In this document: piece by piece, positions 37,574 to 49,319 of the stretch
How positions within the stretch are numbered: the first letter of the stretch is position 1
Layout: each line of letters begins with the position of its first letter
From: Lama glama
Lineage: Eukaryota
Length of the DNA stretch: 64,000 nucleotides
Assembly: GCA_028534125.1 (NCBI GenBank)
Contig: CM052817.1
Location: 5,520,001-5,584,000 of the forward strand
Direction: 5' to 3'
Notes under the pieces: generated by a model
Seen by the model: only the letters and a program-made list of their open reading frames with translations
What the model was told of the DNA's origin: nothing
Database searches by the model: none
Translations under genes and position numbers: made by a program

Positions 37574-39754
37574 GTAAGTTTGTAGTATTTCTACTTCTAA
37601 AATTGCTAAGCCTGCGCTAAGACTTGCCACACCCTGTCTGCTATACACTTAGAGGGGTTTTGAATTTGCTGTTGTTTGAGGCACCTCCTCCCCCCCCCCC
37701 ATACACACTTGCAAGTGTTTACTGCATAAATGAAAGCTAGGGATAGGTAAGCTCCTTACAGACCTTATCTCCTTAGCAAGCGGGTGGCCACACAGCCCCC
37801 ATTTCAGATCCAGTGTGAAAATACAGCAGTGGCTCTAAAAATCCAGAGGAAGGCACTGTGAGACTGAGTGCTGACTTACGTTCAAGCTACCATTTTGCCT
37901 TAAAAAACAAAAACAAAAACAAATCTCTCAATGAACATGCCAAAAAGACCAACAGAAAACAAACGGTCGAAGAGGTATTTTTTGATAGACATGTGACCAA
38001 ATTCTAATCCTCTCTTGAATTGATGTTTACACTGTGTGTGGCTAATCCCCAGAGGGAAAACATGTTTTCAACAGATATTCCGAGCATTCTTTCTGTCAAC
38101 ATCCCTGGCTCCTTTCAGTCCATAAATTTTGTTTCCAGCTGTCCTTCTTGGGCCTTTAATTCCTGGCTTTCCATTGCAGACTGCATCTCCCAAGCTTAGG
38201 GAAGCCTTCCTCCCCTCCCCCTGGATCAAGATACAGAATAGACGTCAAAAATGAAGGCCGGAAAGCTCTAGGCCATAGCTGAAATTTGAGGGGGCATGTT
38301 TCATCGTTGAATCTCATTATGAAAGTGCTCCTACATTTTTCGGCAGACAGTTTGGCTCATCACAGCTGCTCTCTGCCTTGTGTGTTGCGTGACAGTCCAT
38401 CTCTTGGTGACTGAATGATGGTCTGGTTGTTCTTGGACCAAAGTGCCCTGGACACTGTGTATTTGATAATGTGCCGTTGGCTCTTGTTCTGGCCTTTGTG
38501 TTCCTTGTGAGGCGGGGCGGGGGGTTGCTGCCTGTCATTCACGATCATCTTCTGTGTGCAGAAAGCTAAGCCTCGGGGGAGTGGGTCACAGTCCGCGTGA
38601 TGCCAGCTCCCCAGGACTTGTGACTGTTTCACCCGAATTTATCATAACGAGGTGAGACGATGCTCTTGGTTGGTGCACATTCCAGAACACTCAGGTTTGC
38701 TTTCCTCTGGATTCAGTGTTAGGCTGTAGCTGACCACGTGTCCTCCCTCGTTAGCCCTCCGTGGTGAGCTGAGGAGGGGGTCTGGGGTCAGGGGGCTGCG
38801 ATTTGTATGTGGCGCATCAGGCAAACTGACACCCGACAGTGCCCCGCCAGGCAAGAGGCCTCCAAGAGACACAGGCTGGGCCTTTGTAAACCCTGGAGGA
38901 GCAGCTAGGGTGTACATTTCCATTCAAGGCTGAATGGGTGGGAGCAGCCCTGATCCCTGCACAGGTAGGTGTGTCCTCTCCAGCAGTGACTCAGAACACG
39001 GGGGTAGAGGACAGCCGGTGATTTCATCCATGAAAATTCTCCACAAACCGGGAGTCACTCACGTGTGCTGAAGGACCCTCGGATGAAGTCTTGTCCTGGA
39101 ACAAACTATATCAGATTACTTGATTCTTATCTTCATCATGAGGAGGAATGTGCTGGATTCAATAGTTGCTCACCATTTTTACTGTGAAACTCATTTATCA
39201 TGTAAAGTGACAGTACTCTTTTAGAATCTGGTGATTAAGAAATTATATAACCCTGGAAAGTTCCTATGACTCCTGTCATACTTTTAGATGAATTCATGTT
39301 TTGTTAAGCACAATAGCATCTCCATGAAATTTTTAAACATGCGACCCACTTCATCTTGGGCCGTGCTTGGACACCTGGGTCTGGGGACACCCTCCAGCGG
39401 TTCACCCAGCATTGAGACCCCTAAGTATGGTCCCATTTCTTTCTGATTGATCCGACAAGAAGCCACACCCACTCTTGTCCACTAAAACTGGTGGATACTG
39501 CCTCATACTCTAACACCTGTGGATGCATAGTTGTACCAAATGAATGCTTTCTGTGCTTATAGAAATCGTTTTTAGGCCTCTTCTCCACTTTGTAAACCTC
39601 CCTTAATTCCCCTTTTGCTATGTTCATATTGTATTTGGGAACCTGAAATACTTTGCAGTGCACACCTAAAGGCATTAGAAACGGAATGCATGTGTGTGCT
39701 TAAAGTTATTGGAAAAGGTGGGATATTTCTTAACGCCCCCAAACTCTTCATTTC

Positions 39755-39980
39755 TAGAGCCAGCCTGCCAAGTTTAAATCCTGATTCTGCTACTGTGTGA
39801 CCTCGGGCAAGTTACTTAAACTCTCTGAACCTCAATGCCCCCTGTAAATTGTGAACAATCATAGTCCTTCCCTTGTAGGGTTGCTGTGAGGATTAAATAA
39901 GTTAATATGCATAAAGCTCTTAGAATAGGGCCCAGCATGTAGTAAGCAGGCACTCAACAAATGTTAGCCATTTTTATTAT
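39755..39980 (+). mobile_element. MIR SINE
   Basis: tgtgtgacctcgggcaagttacttaaactctctgaacctc...gggttgctgtgaggattaaa. Confidence 0.75.
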
Positions 39981-40210
39981 TGTTTGTGATAATTTTATGT
40001 ACATGATGGTAGTGTTTTATGTAGGTTGCTAATCAACTTTGATTCTGTTGTGTTATTTTCATGGGAAAAGTTGGCTGTCTGAATCATGTATTTGGAATAG
40101 AAGTTTTAGATTACAATGATAATTCTCTTTTTTCCTTTTTAAAAACATTTTTTTTAGGACAAGACTTAAAACCTATCTTGGATAAAGAATATTTAATCAT
40201 TTAGCTCAAA

Positions 40211-40332
40211 ATGGTATTTTTTACATGCAATGCATGTGGCGAATCGGTGAAGAAAGTACAAGTGGAAAAGCACGTGGCTCTTTGCAGAAATTGTGAATGT
40301 CTTTCCTGCATTGACTGCGGTAAAGACTTCTG
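40211..40332 (+). CDS. LYAR: LYAR first coding exon (exon starts at 40158)
   Basis: aaaATGg; MVFFTCNACGESVKKVQVEKHVALCRNCECLSCIDCGKDFW; donor TG|GTAAGT. Confidence 0.97.
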
Positions 40333-41682
40333 GTAAGTTCTACAGAATTCACCTAGCTCCACATTGGGGGTCCAGAGCAGTTTTGGAAGCCCTGGCCCCA
40401 CAAAGCATTTTTTAAAAAAAAGTAAGAGGCAAATTTGAGGGGGAAAATTGAGAGTGCCTTAGAGGATCATTTGCTTTTGAAGGAGGATTTGAAGAGAAGA
40501 CCCAGGGAACGGGAATCATGGGTTCGAGCATTTGATTTCTCAGTGGCGCTTACTGTCATCTCCTTGCCACGGTTATCAGACGCAGGGAGGTGACCGTGTG
40601 GAGTAATGTTTCAAGGGTGTGGCGTGCTAATTGCAGTGAAGAGATAGGTTTACAGACCATTAGTTCACCGTGGAGGCGGCATCTGGGAGAAGAGACTTGG
40701 TCTCTTCTAGAAAATCGGAGGTGATGGCGGAGCGCAGCTCCTCCAGGCCCCTGGTGTGTCAGGTGGTTCCACTGAGGGGTCTCTGGAAAGCTGAAGGCTT
40801 AGGGGAGGGGGTAGGGTAGACCTTGCTCATTCTCTGTTTCTTAGGGAGGGTTCCTTGCAGGTGACTGACCTCGGTCTTAATGCTGATTCCCCTCAGCTTC
40901 AGGGGGTCAGGTGAAAAGGCTGCTTTTGGCACATCCACCCTAATGGCCTCTGTGGCATTTGAGTGATGCTTGCTAACAGTTGCTTTTAATTCATTCTAAA
41001 GCTGCTTTATGTATTTATTTGTCTATTTATTTATTTGTGGAAACTGCTAAACCCTTTGTTCATACCTGATCCTTGGAGGAAGGATATATAAAACAGGTGA
41101 AAGTTGGGTTGCTTCTCCTTGGGTCACTTTGCCCCCAACATTGTCCTAGACAGTCCCTTGAGGACCTCACAGAGCTCCAAAAAACACTATATGAGACAGA
41201 ATCCAGTTTCCTTTTTTTTTTCTAACTCCGAGTTCCAGAACTGTTTAGTGACCTGATAGCGCTGTTCTACACCGCCTTTTAATTTATTCTACAACTGATT
41301 GTTGATGGCCTACTGTATTACCAGGAAGCCATACCGATTTTGTAACTTAAGACAGAGCCACCCTATTGCAGACAATTTAAAAAATTTTTATTTACTATAT
41401 ATTCACTTAAGACTTTAAAAAATACTGCCTGTCAATTTGATTTTAAGACATTTGTATATAAAAATGGGTGGAAAGTTTGGTGATGGGTTTGAACAGTTGG
41501 GAAGAGGAAGGTGTGGTAGGACCAGGAGGTTATCAGCATGGTAAGTGAAAGGTGGGGCGGCCGGACCATGGACAGACGTGAATGTCAGTGTGGCCTGCAG
41601 AAGGTGGGGGCAGCAGGCTAGCGTTAGACAGAGGCTCCAATTTGAGAACCACTCTAATGGTGGAACTTTCTGTGCCTTTCAG

Positions 41683-41797
41683 GGGTGACGACTATAAAAA
41701 CCATGTGAAATGCATAACCGAAGATCAGAAGTATGGTGGCAAAGGTTACGAAGGTAAAACCCACAAAGGCGATGTTAAGCAGCAGGCTTGGATTCAG
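41683..41797 (+). CDS. LYAR: LYAR coding exon 2
   Basis: ctttcag|; GDDYKNHVKCITEDQKYGGKGYEGKTHKGDVKQQAWIQ; donor CAG|GTAAGG. Confidence 0.97.
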
Positions 41798-42368
41798 GTA
41801 AGGTCTTTCTGATGCATCCAGTAGCTTCATCTGACATCTCCTTCCCTTGGAAGCCTAAGGAGCTCAGAATAAACGCATCGTCCATGCAGACGAGACCTAG
41901 ACACGTCATGTCGTAGGACAGACTAAGGCTGAGCAACTAAACCTTGAAAAAGAGTTCATTTCTCTTTTAATACAGTTACAGCGTATTTTGTCTTTAATTC
42001 ATACGTTTTGCAGATCTCTTGAAAAATACTTCCGAATTCTCACTGACTTTCCCTTGGCTACGAGACTGAACAGAAGCTTTCTAATCTGTATCTGCTTCTA
42101 GTGATGATGCAACTTTTATAACTCCAGCCATGTTAATCTGTGATGTCTATCAGTCATCAGAATCAGGCCCCCAAAGAAGGCATTTTCATAAATATGAGGA
42201 ATTTTCTACTTAAATAAAATGAAAATATATATACAATAAAAATGGCAAAAGCAACAAAATCCCTAATTTACTGAGAGGTATAATTTCCAGAATGTTAGTC
42301 ACCATTTACAGAATAGTAGCTGGAGGAAACATTCAGAACGGAAAGTAGGAGAATGAAAAGCCAAATTC

Positions 42369-42503
42369 GGGGCAGTTTACAGCTCGGTGGCCGAGCGCGT
42401 GCTTAGCATGCACAGGGTCTTGGGTTCAATCCCAGAACCTCCATTAAAAAATACATAAGTAAATAAAAATGAATAAACCTAATTACCCCCCCAAAAAGAA
42501 ACA
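42369..42503 (+). mobile_element. tRNA-derived SINE (camelid vic-1-like), long tail form
   Basis: gcttagcatgcacagggtcttgggttcaatccc...aataaacctaattacccccccaaaaa. Confidence 0.85.
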
Positions 42504-42863
42504 ACAAATGCCATCTATGTGGAAATTCTGTATTTTCCTGGAAACCAAATAGTTACTGTCTTTAATGATGGAGTTTAAACGTGAATTTCCTGATACTGAC
42601 TAGCTTACTGAGTTAACAGTCTTGGGAGGGAAAATCTGCTGTTCACAGAGGACTAACTAAGTCTGCCAGTCCAGCCTGAGGAGCAGGGGAGACCCTCTTA
42701 CCTTAACTAAGACATTTGGACTGGTGGTCATCAGCTGCACTTCTGGGTCCTATGTCTGATCGCCCTGAGAACCGGATGACATTCTTAGGCCCCTGAGCTT
42801 GCGGTACCTTGTCTGTGAGTTCCATCTCTGTGGACATCACATGTGGAATGAAATCCTCTAAAG

Positions 42864-43061
42864 CAGGGGTTCGCAAACTACAGCCCGCGGGTCAAGCCCA
42901 GCCCCAGGCCTCTTTGTAAAGTTTGCTGGCGCACAGCCACGCCCGCTCGTTTCCATGTTGTCTCTGGCTACTGTCGGGCCACAAGGACAGCCCCGAGTAG
43001 TTAGGCCAGGCAGCGGGTGGTCTGCAGCCTCACATCTGTATGGAAAAGTTTGCCAACCCTT
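42864..43061. mobile_element. MER58A-like hAT-Charlie MITE
   Basis: TIRs caggggttcgcaaact and agtttgccaaccctt; internal cacagccacgcccgctcgttt. Confidence 0.75.
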
Positions 43062-43510
43062 TCCCCAAACTGCCAGGCTTCAGTATTAGAGATTGAGAAC
43101 TTTATGTCAGGTTCTGTGCTGCCTACCGGTCCACTCCCTGTCGATCCCTCTCTTGCTCCCTAGCCAGCAGGGTTAACAGACAGCTGAGCCTGAATGTGGT
43201 GAATGGGGAGCCTGCTGTGACCTGACCAGCAGAGATGGATTTGGATTTGGGTGTTTATTCTTTTCCTTAAATCCCTAAACTCTGAAAGATTTTGGAATCC
43301 CATCAGGGTGAATGTTCTCTGAGCATCCTTCCAGAATGTCTCTGTGCTTACACACAGAGAGTGGGTGAGGGGTCTGGGGGGAAATAACCTACTTGGAGTT
43401 GATCATGGTGTCTTCATCCAAACTTTTGTCACCAGTGCTCTGTTCTCTTCTAATTCAGCATGTGCTCTTGCCATTGCTGAGCTACTCTGACTTCTTCCTT
43501 GTTCGGTTTG

Positions 43511-43674
43511 TTTCTTCTCCTTCTTGTCCTTCTTGTCCTTCTTCTCCTCCTTCTCCTCCTCCTCCTCCTTCCCCTTCCCCCCCTTCCCCTTCCCCTCCTC
43601 CTTCCTCCTCCTCCTCCTTCTTCTTCTCCTTCTTCCTCTTCTTCCCCTTCTCCTTCCCCTCCTCTTCCTCTTCT

Positions 43675-43715
<41 letters not shown>

Positions 43716-43937
43716 CTCCTTCCCCTTCCTCCCCTTCCCCTTCCCCTCCTCCTTCCTCCTCTTCCTCTTCTCTTCTTCCTCTTCCTCCTCTTCTCCCTCT
43801 TTCTCCTCTTCCTCTTCTTCCTCTTCCTCCTCTTCTTCCTCTTTGTCCTCTTCCTCCTTTTCCCCTGCTTCCCCTTCTTCCCCTTCTCCTCCTCCTCCTC
43901 CTTCTCCTTCCTCTTCTTCCTTCTCCTCCTCCTTACC
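43511..43937 (+). repeat. Complex (TCC/TTC/CCCCTT)n polypyrimidine low-complexity repeat, about 430 bp
   Basis: Almost purely C and T on the + strand, with only a few isolated purines. Confidence 0.95.
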
Positions 43938-44001
43938 TTTTTTTTGAGGGGTTGGTAATTAGGTTTTTCATGGAGGTCCTGGGGATTGAACCTGGGACCT
44001 C
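43938..44001 (-). mobile_element. 3' half of a vic-1-like SINE
   Basis: Reverse complement gaggtcccaggttcaatccccaggacctccatgaaaaacctaattaccaacccctcaaaaaaaa matches the tail of the SINE at 42369-42503. Confidence 0.8.
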
Positions 44002-44429
44002 TGCTCGTCTTCTTGATCTGTTTTTCTGCCTGGGTGCCTGGGAAGCTTTGCCTTGGCCCCTCCTTGGTACCCTGTATCAGTTTTGCCTGGCCTCTCTCTG
44101 TGTAGCTTCCGTTCTTTCATCGTGCAGGGACATTTTCCTGCATTACATTTGTTTAGCTGCATCGTTGTCCTCTTGGCTCAGAAGTAACCATGTTTCTTAT
44201 GTACTGTCATCTCCCAGACTTTAGTAATCACCTTTTCCTCTGCCTTCAGTGTGACTACCAGAAGCACTTTCTCTGGATCACTTTTAAAATTTCCATCTCT
44301 GTTCTTGCTATTTCATATTTATTTATAGATCTTAATTTTTTTGTCTTGGTCCTCGATTTATTTCCTAGGCCCTATGATACCCATTTTTGTCTGATTTTTT
44401 AAAAACCATTTTTAGTTTGTTGATAGTTT

Positions 44430-44980
44430 TTTCTTTCAGTTTTTAAAAATTGTGGTAGATTATACAACATAAAGTTTACCATTTTACCCATTTTTAAGTA
44501 TATACAACCAAGTACATACACAATGCTGTGCAGCTGCCACCACCGTCCGTCTCTAGAATGTTTTCATCTTTTGACAGGGATGGGTTGTACTGACATCTTA
44601 ATAATATTGCCTCCCAATTCATGGACCTTGGACATCTCTCCATTTATTTGTGTCTTTTTAATTTCTTTCAGTAGTGTTTGTAGTTTTCAGTAAAAGTCTT
44701 TCACTTCCTTGGTTAAGTTTATTCCTAAGTATTTTATTCTTTTTGATAGTTTATAAATGGAATTGTTTGCTTAATTTCCTTTTTGATTTGTTCATTATTA
44801 GTGTATAAAATGCAACTTGATTTTGAAGTGTTAATTTTGTACCCTATAACTGCTGAATTTTTTTTATTGGTTCTGAAGATTCTTTTTGTGGAGTCTTTTG
44901 GATTTGACATAGAAGACCATGTTGTCTACAGACAGAAATAATCTTACTTCTTCCTTTCCAATGTGGATGCCTTTTCTTTC
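44430..44980 (-). mobile_element. Old L1M fragments
   Basis: Antisense L1 phrases such as ttcacttccttggttaagtttattcctaagtattttattcttttt and ttacttcttcctttccaatgtggatgcc. Confidence 0.75.
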
Positions 44981-45130
44981 TCGCCTTTCTGGCCTCGCTC
45001 TGAACTTTGTTGAATGTACTGCAAAGACATTAATACAAAATCTGGAATGGAAATGTGAGCCCTCTAGTTTGGCTATTATGAAATATATGTCGATTGTTAA
45101 TTGTTTTCATTTTATCTTCCTTTTTTGTAG

Positions 45131-45238
45131 AAAATTAATGAATTAATAAAAAGACCCAGTGTCAGCCCCAAAGTGAGGGAACTTTTAGAGCAAATTAGTG
45201 GTTTTGACAATGTTCCCAGGAAAAAGGCGAAATTTCAG
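45131..45238 (+). CDS. LYAR: LYAR coding exon 3
   Basis: ttttgtag|; KINELIKRPSVSPKVRELLEQISGFDNVPRKKAKFQ; donor CAG|GTACGT. Confidence 0.96.
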
Positions 45239-45354
45239 GTACGTATTTGATAGGACTTCCTTGAATGGAGGGGCAGTGGCCCCATCAGTGACAGCCTGTG
45301 TGCACCTGTCAAAATATGGGCTAAGTGGGGTTTTGTCTTTTTTTTTCCTTACAG

Positions 45355-45438
45355 AATTGGATGAAGAACAGTTTAAAAGTTCATAATGAATCTATCCTGG
45401 AGCAGGTGTGGAATATCTTTTCTGAAGCTTCCAGCAGT
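45355..45438 (+). CDS. LYAR: LYAR coding exon 4
   Basis: ccttacag|; NWMKNSLKVHNESILEQVWNIFSEASSS; donor AGT|GTAAGT. Confidence 0.96.
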
Positions 45439-47900
45439 GTAAGTCAGATCTAATTCTAGGTTGATAATGCGGCAAAGATGATTAGTGACATTGAAATGGG
45501 AATGTCTTATTTTTGGAGGTCAAGACAGCCTTCTTTTTCAGAGAGCCTCTTTGTGCCTTCATTAATGGGAAGGAATAAACTGAATGCACTGCAGGGATTT
45601 CCTTATTGTGCAGAGAAAGGTATTTAATCCCAACATTTGATAGTGGTACAGCTAACACAAAACGATTTGCTTAGAAATCAGGCATCGTGCTGCACTGGGA
45701 CCCACAGGAGGACTGGGGCTTCTGACAGAACTGGCCTGAAGCCCTGCTGTGCTGTTTGCCGCACATTTGCTCTTGGGCATGTTATTTAACTTCCCTGAGC
45801 ATAGTTTCCTTACCTTGAGGAAAAGTGGATAGTTATACTCAGGACCTCCTGAGTGCCTGATGGGTGTTAGGCCTGGAACAAAAAATATAAAATATCTCAG
45901 ATGGTGATAGTGCCTTGGAGAAAAATAAACAGGGTGAGGACACAGAGGCTGGCTGGGTGTTATTTTAGGTGCGGGGCGAGGGGGTCGCAAAGGCCCCTCC
46001 TTACACGTAGTATTAACGTAGATGAGGGTGTGCCAGCATCCCATGGCATGCCCAGCAGTTAGTGGGCACTTGTTAAGTGCCCTCATTCATCGCCTTCCTT
46101 CTGGCAGAGGGAGAAGTTGTCGGAGTAAATCAGGCAACCACCGTCAGTCAGTATGTTTTGATCAGAGTCCCCAGGTGTGAAATATACAGGCAGAAAATCC
46201 TAGTTTATATTTCGTAGCCATATTGTTGGTTACATTGTTCATTAAACATTTTTTCTCGCTGATTCAGTTGCACTTCGCTCTGATTTGGAGATTATATCCC
46301 ATTGGGAGACCTGTGTCATTAGTAGTTTCAAAAAAAACCAGTGAGGTCTGACTGGTCTTTAGTCATGTTGTCAGCAGTTGATCTGCTTTATATAAACAGA
46401 ATAGTTTGGGCAGCAAATTGGGATAAAAATGAAACCTTATTTTGGCAGTATATCTAGCACTTGTCTCCAAACATACACATTGGGCCTCTGAAACCTTATA
46501 ACCAATCATTTAATTGGCATTTATGTGGCACCTATTTTGAAAAGGTTATTTACATTATTTTAACTAAAATCAAAAGTTTAAAATTACTTAGTTCAGTTGC
46601 AGAGTTAAAAAAAAAAATGTTTCCCAATTGCCCTTTTGAAGCTGTGGACGTACTAAGAACTCAGTAAAATCACCAGTAAGCAGCTCGTGGTAGGTGCCGA
46701 GCTCTGTGAGATGCGGCATCACGGCTTTGCCGTGAGGCAGGAGCTTGGTAGAGTTCTCGCACTTGAGTGGAAGCCAGTTGTCTTTTATTTGGTCCAACTT
46801 GGGGAGCAGGCGTTCCCTCCTTGTGGTCTTGTCTCCCAAAGGAGGAGGACTGCAGTGACTGGTGTCTGTCCCCTGGAGGGTAACTAACAGAGATGGAACT
46901 TGGGCCCAGGCCTCTGACCGTAAGTCCAGCAGTCTACACCACCCCTGAAGCAGCCCGGGAGCCCCTGGCCCTGACTGTCCCCCTGTCCCTCCAGGTGCGT
47001 CCAGGCTCACGGAGCAGTTCAGTGAATTGCTCCCCGTCTGCTTTAGAGCAGGGGCAGGTATAGGGACGGCAGCATATTTAGATCGGAGCACAGCAGGCGG
47101 TGTGGCCAACTGTGCCAAAGTCATTTTTTAAAATAATCTCTGCATGGGTTTGAATAAAGTGGTGCAGTAAATGGGAAGTTTATCTTTTCCCAGTGCAGGT
47201 GGGTACTCAGTTTCCTGTGGTTCCTCACTCACCATTCTTCGCACGCCATCCAGGTGTCCCTGACTGTTCCTCGCGGGGTAACCATTAATCTGAGCAGTGG
47301 TGATGAGGACAGCACCTCTGTCTGGTACTCAGTTGTTTACAAAACTCTTGCCGCACACCCGGCCGCTTCACTGAGTACCCCCTGCTCTAAGCACATGATG
47401 GAGCCCTTCCCTTTTACTCATATGTGCACGGTGTGAGGTAGGTCTCACCAGCTTTCGTTTTACAGACGAGGCAAGAGGTGCGGAGCAGACAAATAACTTG
47501 CCCTGAGTTACCTGGCTAGTAATGAACAGAGCTGGAACTTGAACCCAGGTCTGCAGGTGCATAAATCTGGTAGTTTCTGCCACATCTGCCTGCTCGTTTT
47601 CTAACTTAAAAGGCGAACTGTGAGCCAGAACAAAAGGTCTGGCTTTTAAGTGACAGAGGAATTCTTCACTTTGCCAGTGGAATGAAAATATCTGTTAAAT
47701 GCAGAGAGGGGTGTGGGCTGGGGGTAGTTTTTGCCAATCTGTCTATTTACTGCTGTATGTTAACTATGGCGGGTTGTCACAGATGTAACATGGTAAGTAA
47801 TAACAGTTTCGTTAGACTTTATCACAGGATACATGCAGTGATGTGAATGAATGTGTCTGGAATGAGTGTTTATGTGTTTCTGGTTTTGCTTAATAACAAG

Positions 47901-48330
47901 GAATCAGTCGGGAAGAAGCCAGATCAGCAGCCACTGGAGCATGTGGCCAGGCCACATGGGGAAGACGCCACCAAGGTTCCATCGTCCCAAGCAAATGAGA
48001 GCACGGTAGAGCCAGCTGAGGCCAAGAAGAATAAGAGAGAAAGGAAGGAGGAACGGCAGAAGAAGAGAAAAAAAGAAAAGAAAGAACTAAAACTGGAAAA
48101 CCACCAGGAGAATTCAAAAAGTCAGAAGCCTAAAAAGCGCAAAGCGGGACAGGAGGCTGAGCAGGAGGCCGAAGGTGGGGACACCACCGAGGCCACCGGC
48201 CCCGCGGGGAAGAAGCAGCAGAGGAAGGGGAGCAAGGCAGAGCGCGCCCGACCCGGGGCTGTGGATGGAGCTGCAGAGGCCGGGGCGCCGCAAACCGGTC
48301 CAGGGAAGAGAAAGCGGAAGCATTCGGAAG
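47901..48330 (+). CDS. LYAR: LYAR coding exon 5, Lys/Glu-rich region
   Basis: aacaag|; ESVGKKPDQQ...KKNKRERKEERQKKRKKEKKELKLENHQEN...GKRKRKHSE; donor AAG|GTATGT. Confidence 0.93.
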
Positions 48331-48680
48331 GTATGTGGCTCCCTGAGGCTCCAGGGTTTTGTTTGAGAACTTTTCAGCTGTGCATTTCGGTTATATAAAG
48401 TCTCTGAGACCTTGCATTTTGAACCAAGTAGGGCAAAAAGTGTAAGCTTTGGGAACAGACTGACCTGGACTTCAGGCGGGCAGATGACAGCACCTCTCAA
48501 CTCCCCAGTTTGCCATTTGCCCAGGGTGGGGGGGGGAGAGGTGGAGCTGGGGTGCCTGGGGAGTGAGCACGGTGATGGATGGGAAGGGGCCTGGCCGGGC
48601 AAGCCTCTCGTTAAGTGGAGCTGCTGTTATAAATAGGGAATCTTCTTTTTTTTTCTCCTTCAATTGTTCTAACTACTTAG

Positions 48681-48767
48681 TTGAAGCAGATTCAAAGAAG
48701 AAAAAGATTAAGCTCCCAGAACATTCTGAGGGCGGAGAACCGGAAAACCATGAGACTCCTGCAAAAG
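48681..48767 (+). CDS. LYAR: LYAR coding exon 6
   Basis: ctacttag|; VEADSKKKKIKLPEHSEGGEPENHETPAK; donor AAG|GTAACG. Confidence 0.95.
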
Positions 48768-49319
48768 GTAACGCTGCCAGCGTTTGGAAGCTCTGTCCTC
48801 TTAAGGCTGCAGGAGGAGGAGGAGAGCTGGGGGTGGGTGGTCTGGTGGAAGGATTTGAAAGCAAAATGAGTTCTCCAGGGTGTGACTCCAGAGTAAGGCA
48901 TGAGAGCTGTCAGTCAGTCGTGCAGTGTCTGCCCAGCTTTAAGGAGAAAATGAAAGGCAGAGGGGGTTGGAAACATAGACAATCTTTACAGCTTAAAGTA
49001 AACCCAGTAGGCTTTCTTAGCCCCTGTTCCTCTTCTGCTTCCCTTATTCCTGCCTCTCATTACTCTCCTAGAAGTACCCTGCGGTCCAGCCCGGCTGGCT
49101 TGGCTGTACCCTGTTCCATCTCTGGGTCTGTCCCTGGTGTCCCATTGCTTAGAGCTCCACGGCCACCCTGCTCCCTCCTTGTCAGCACCCAGCCCTTGGC
49201 CTTCAAGGTTCTTCTCAAATACAGCCTCCTCTACAGAGCAGTTCCTGCTGCTCCACAGGCCTGAGGCACTCCCTCGGGTCCTGCCTGTTAGGACAGGCCC
49301 CAGGACTCAGTTTATAATT

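Noticed and set aside
39120..39225. + strand peptide IVAHHFYCETHLSC resembling an olfactory receptor HFYCE...LSC motif
   Set aside because: The spacing is wrong, there are no flanking transmembrane or MAYDRY motifs, and the frame closes quickly.
43393..44224. Long ORFs of 144-241 aa rich in Ser, Pro, Leu and Phe
   Set aside because: Artefact of the stop-free C/T repeat in all three + frames.
48563..49264. 233-aa ORF extending a LYAR exon into both flanking introns
   Set aside because: Only 48681-48767 is LYAR-like and bounded by good splice sites; the flanking translation looks like random intron sequence.
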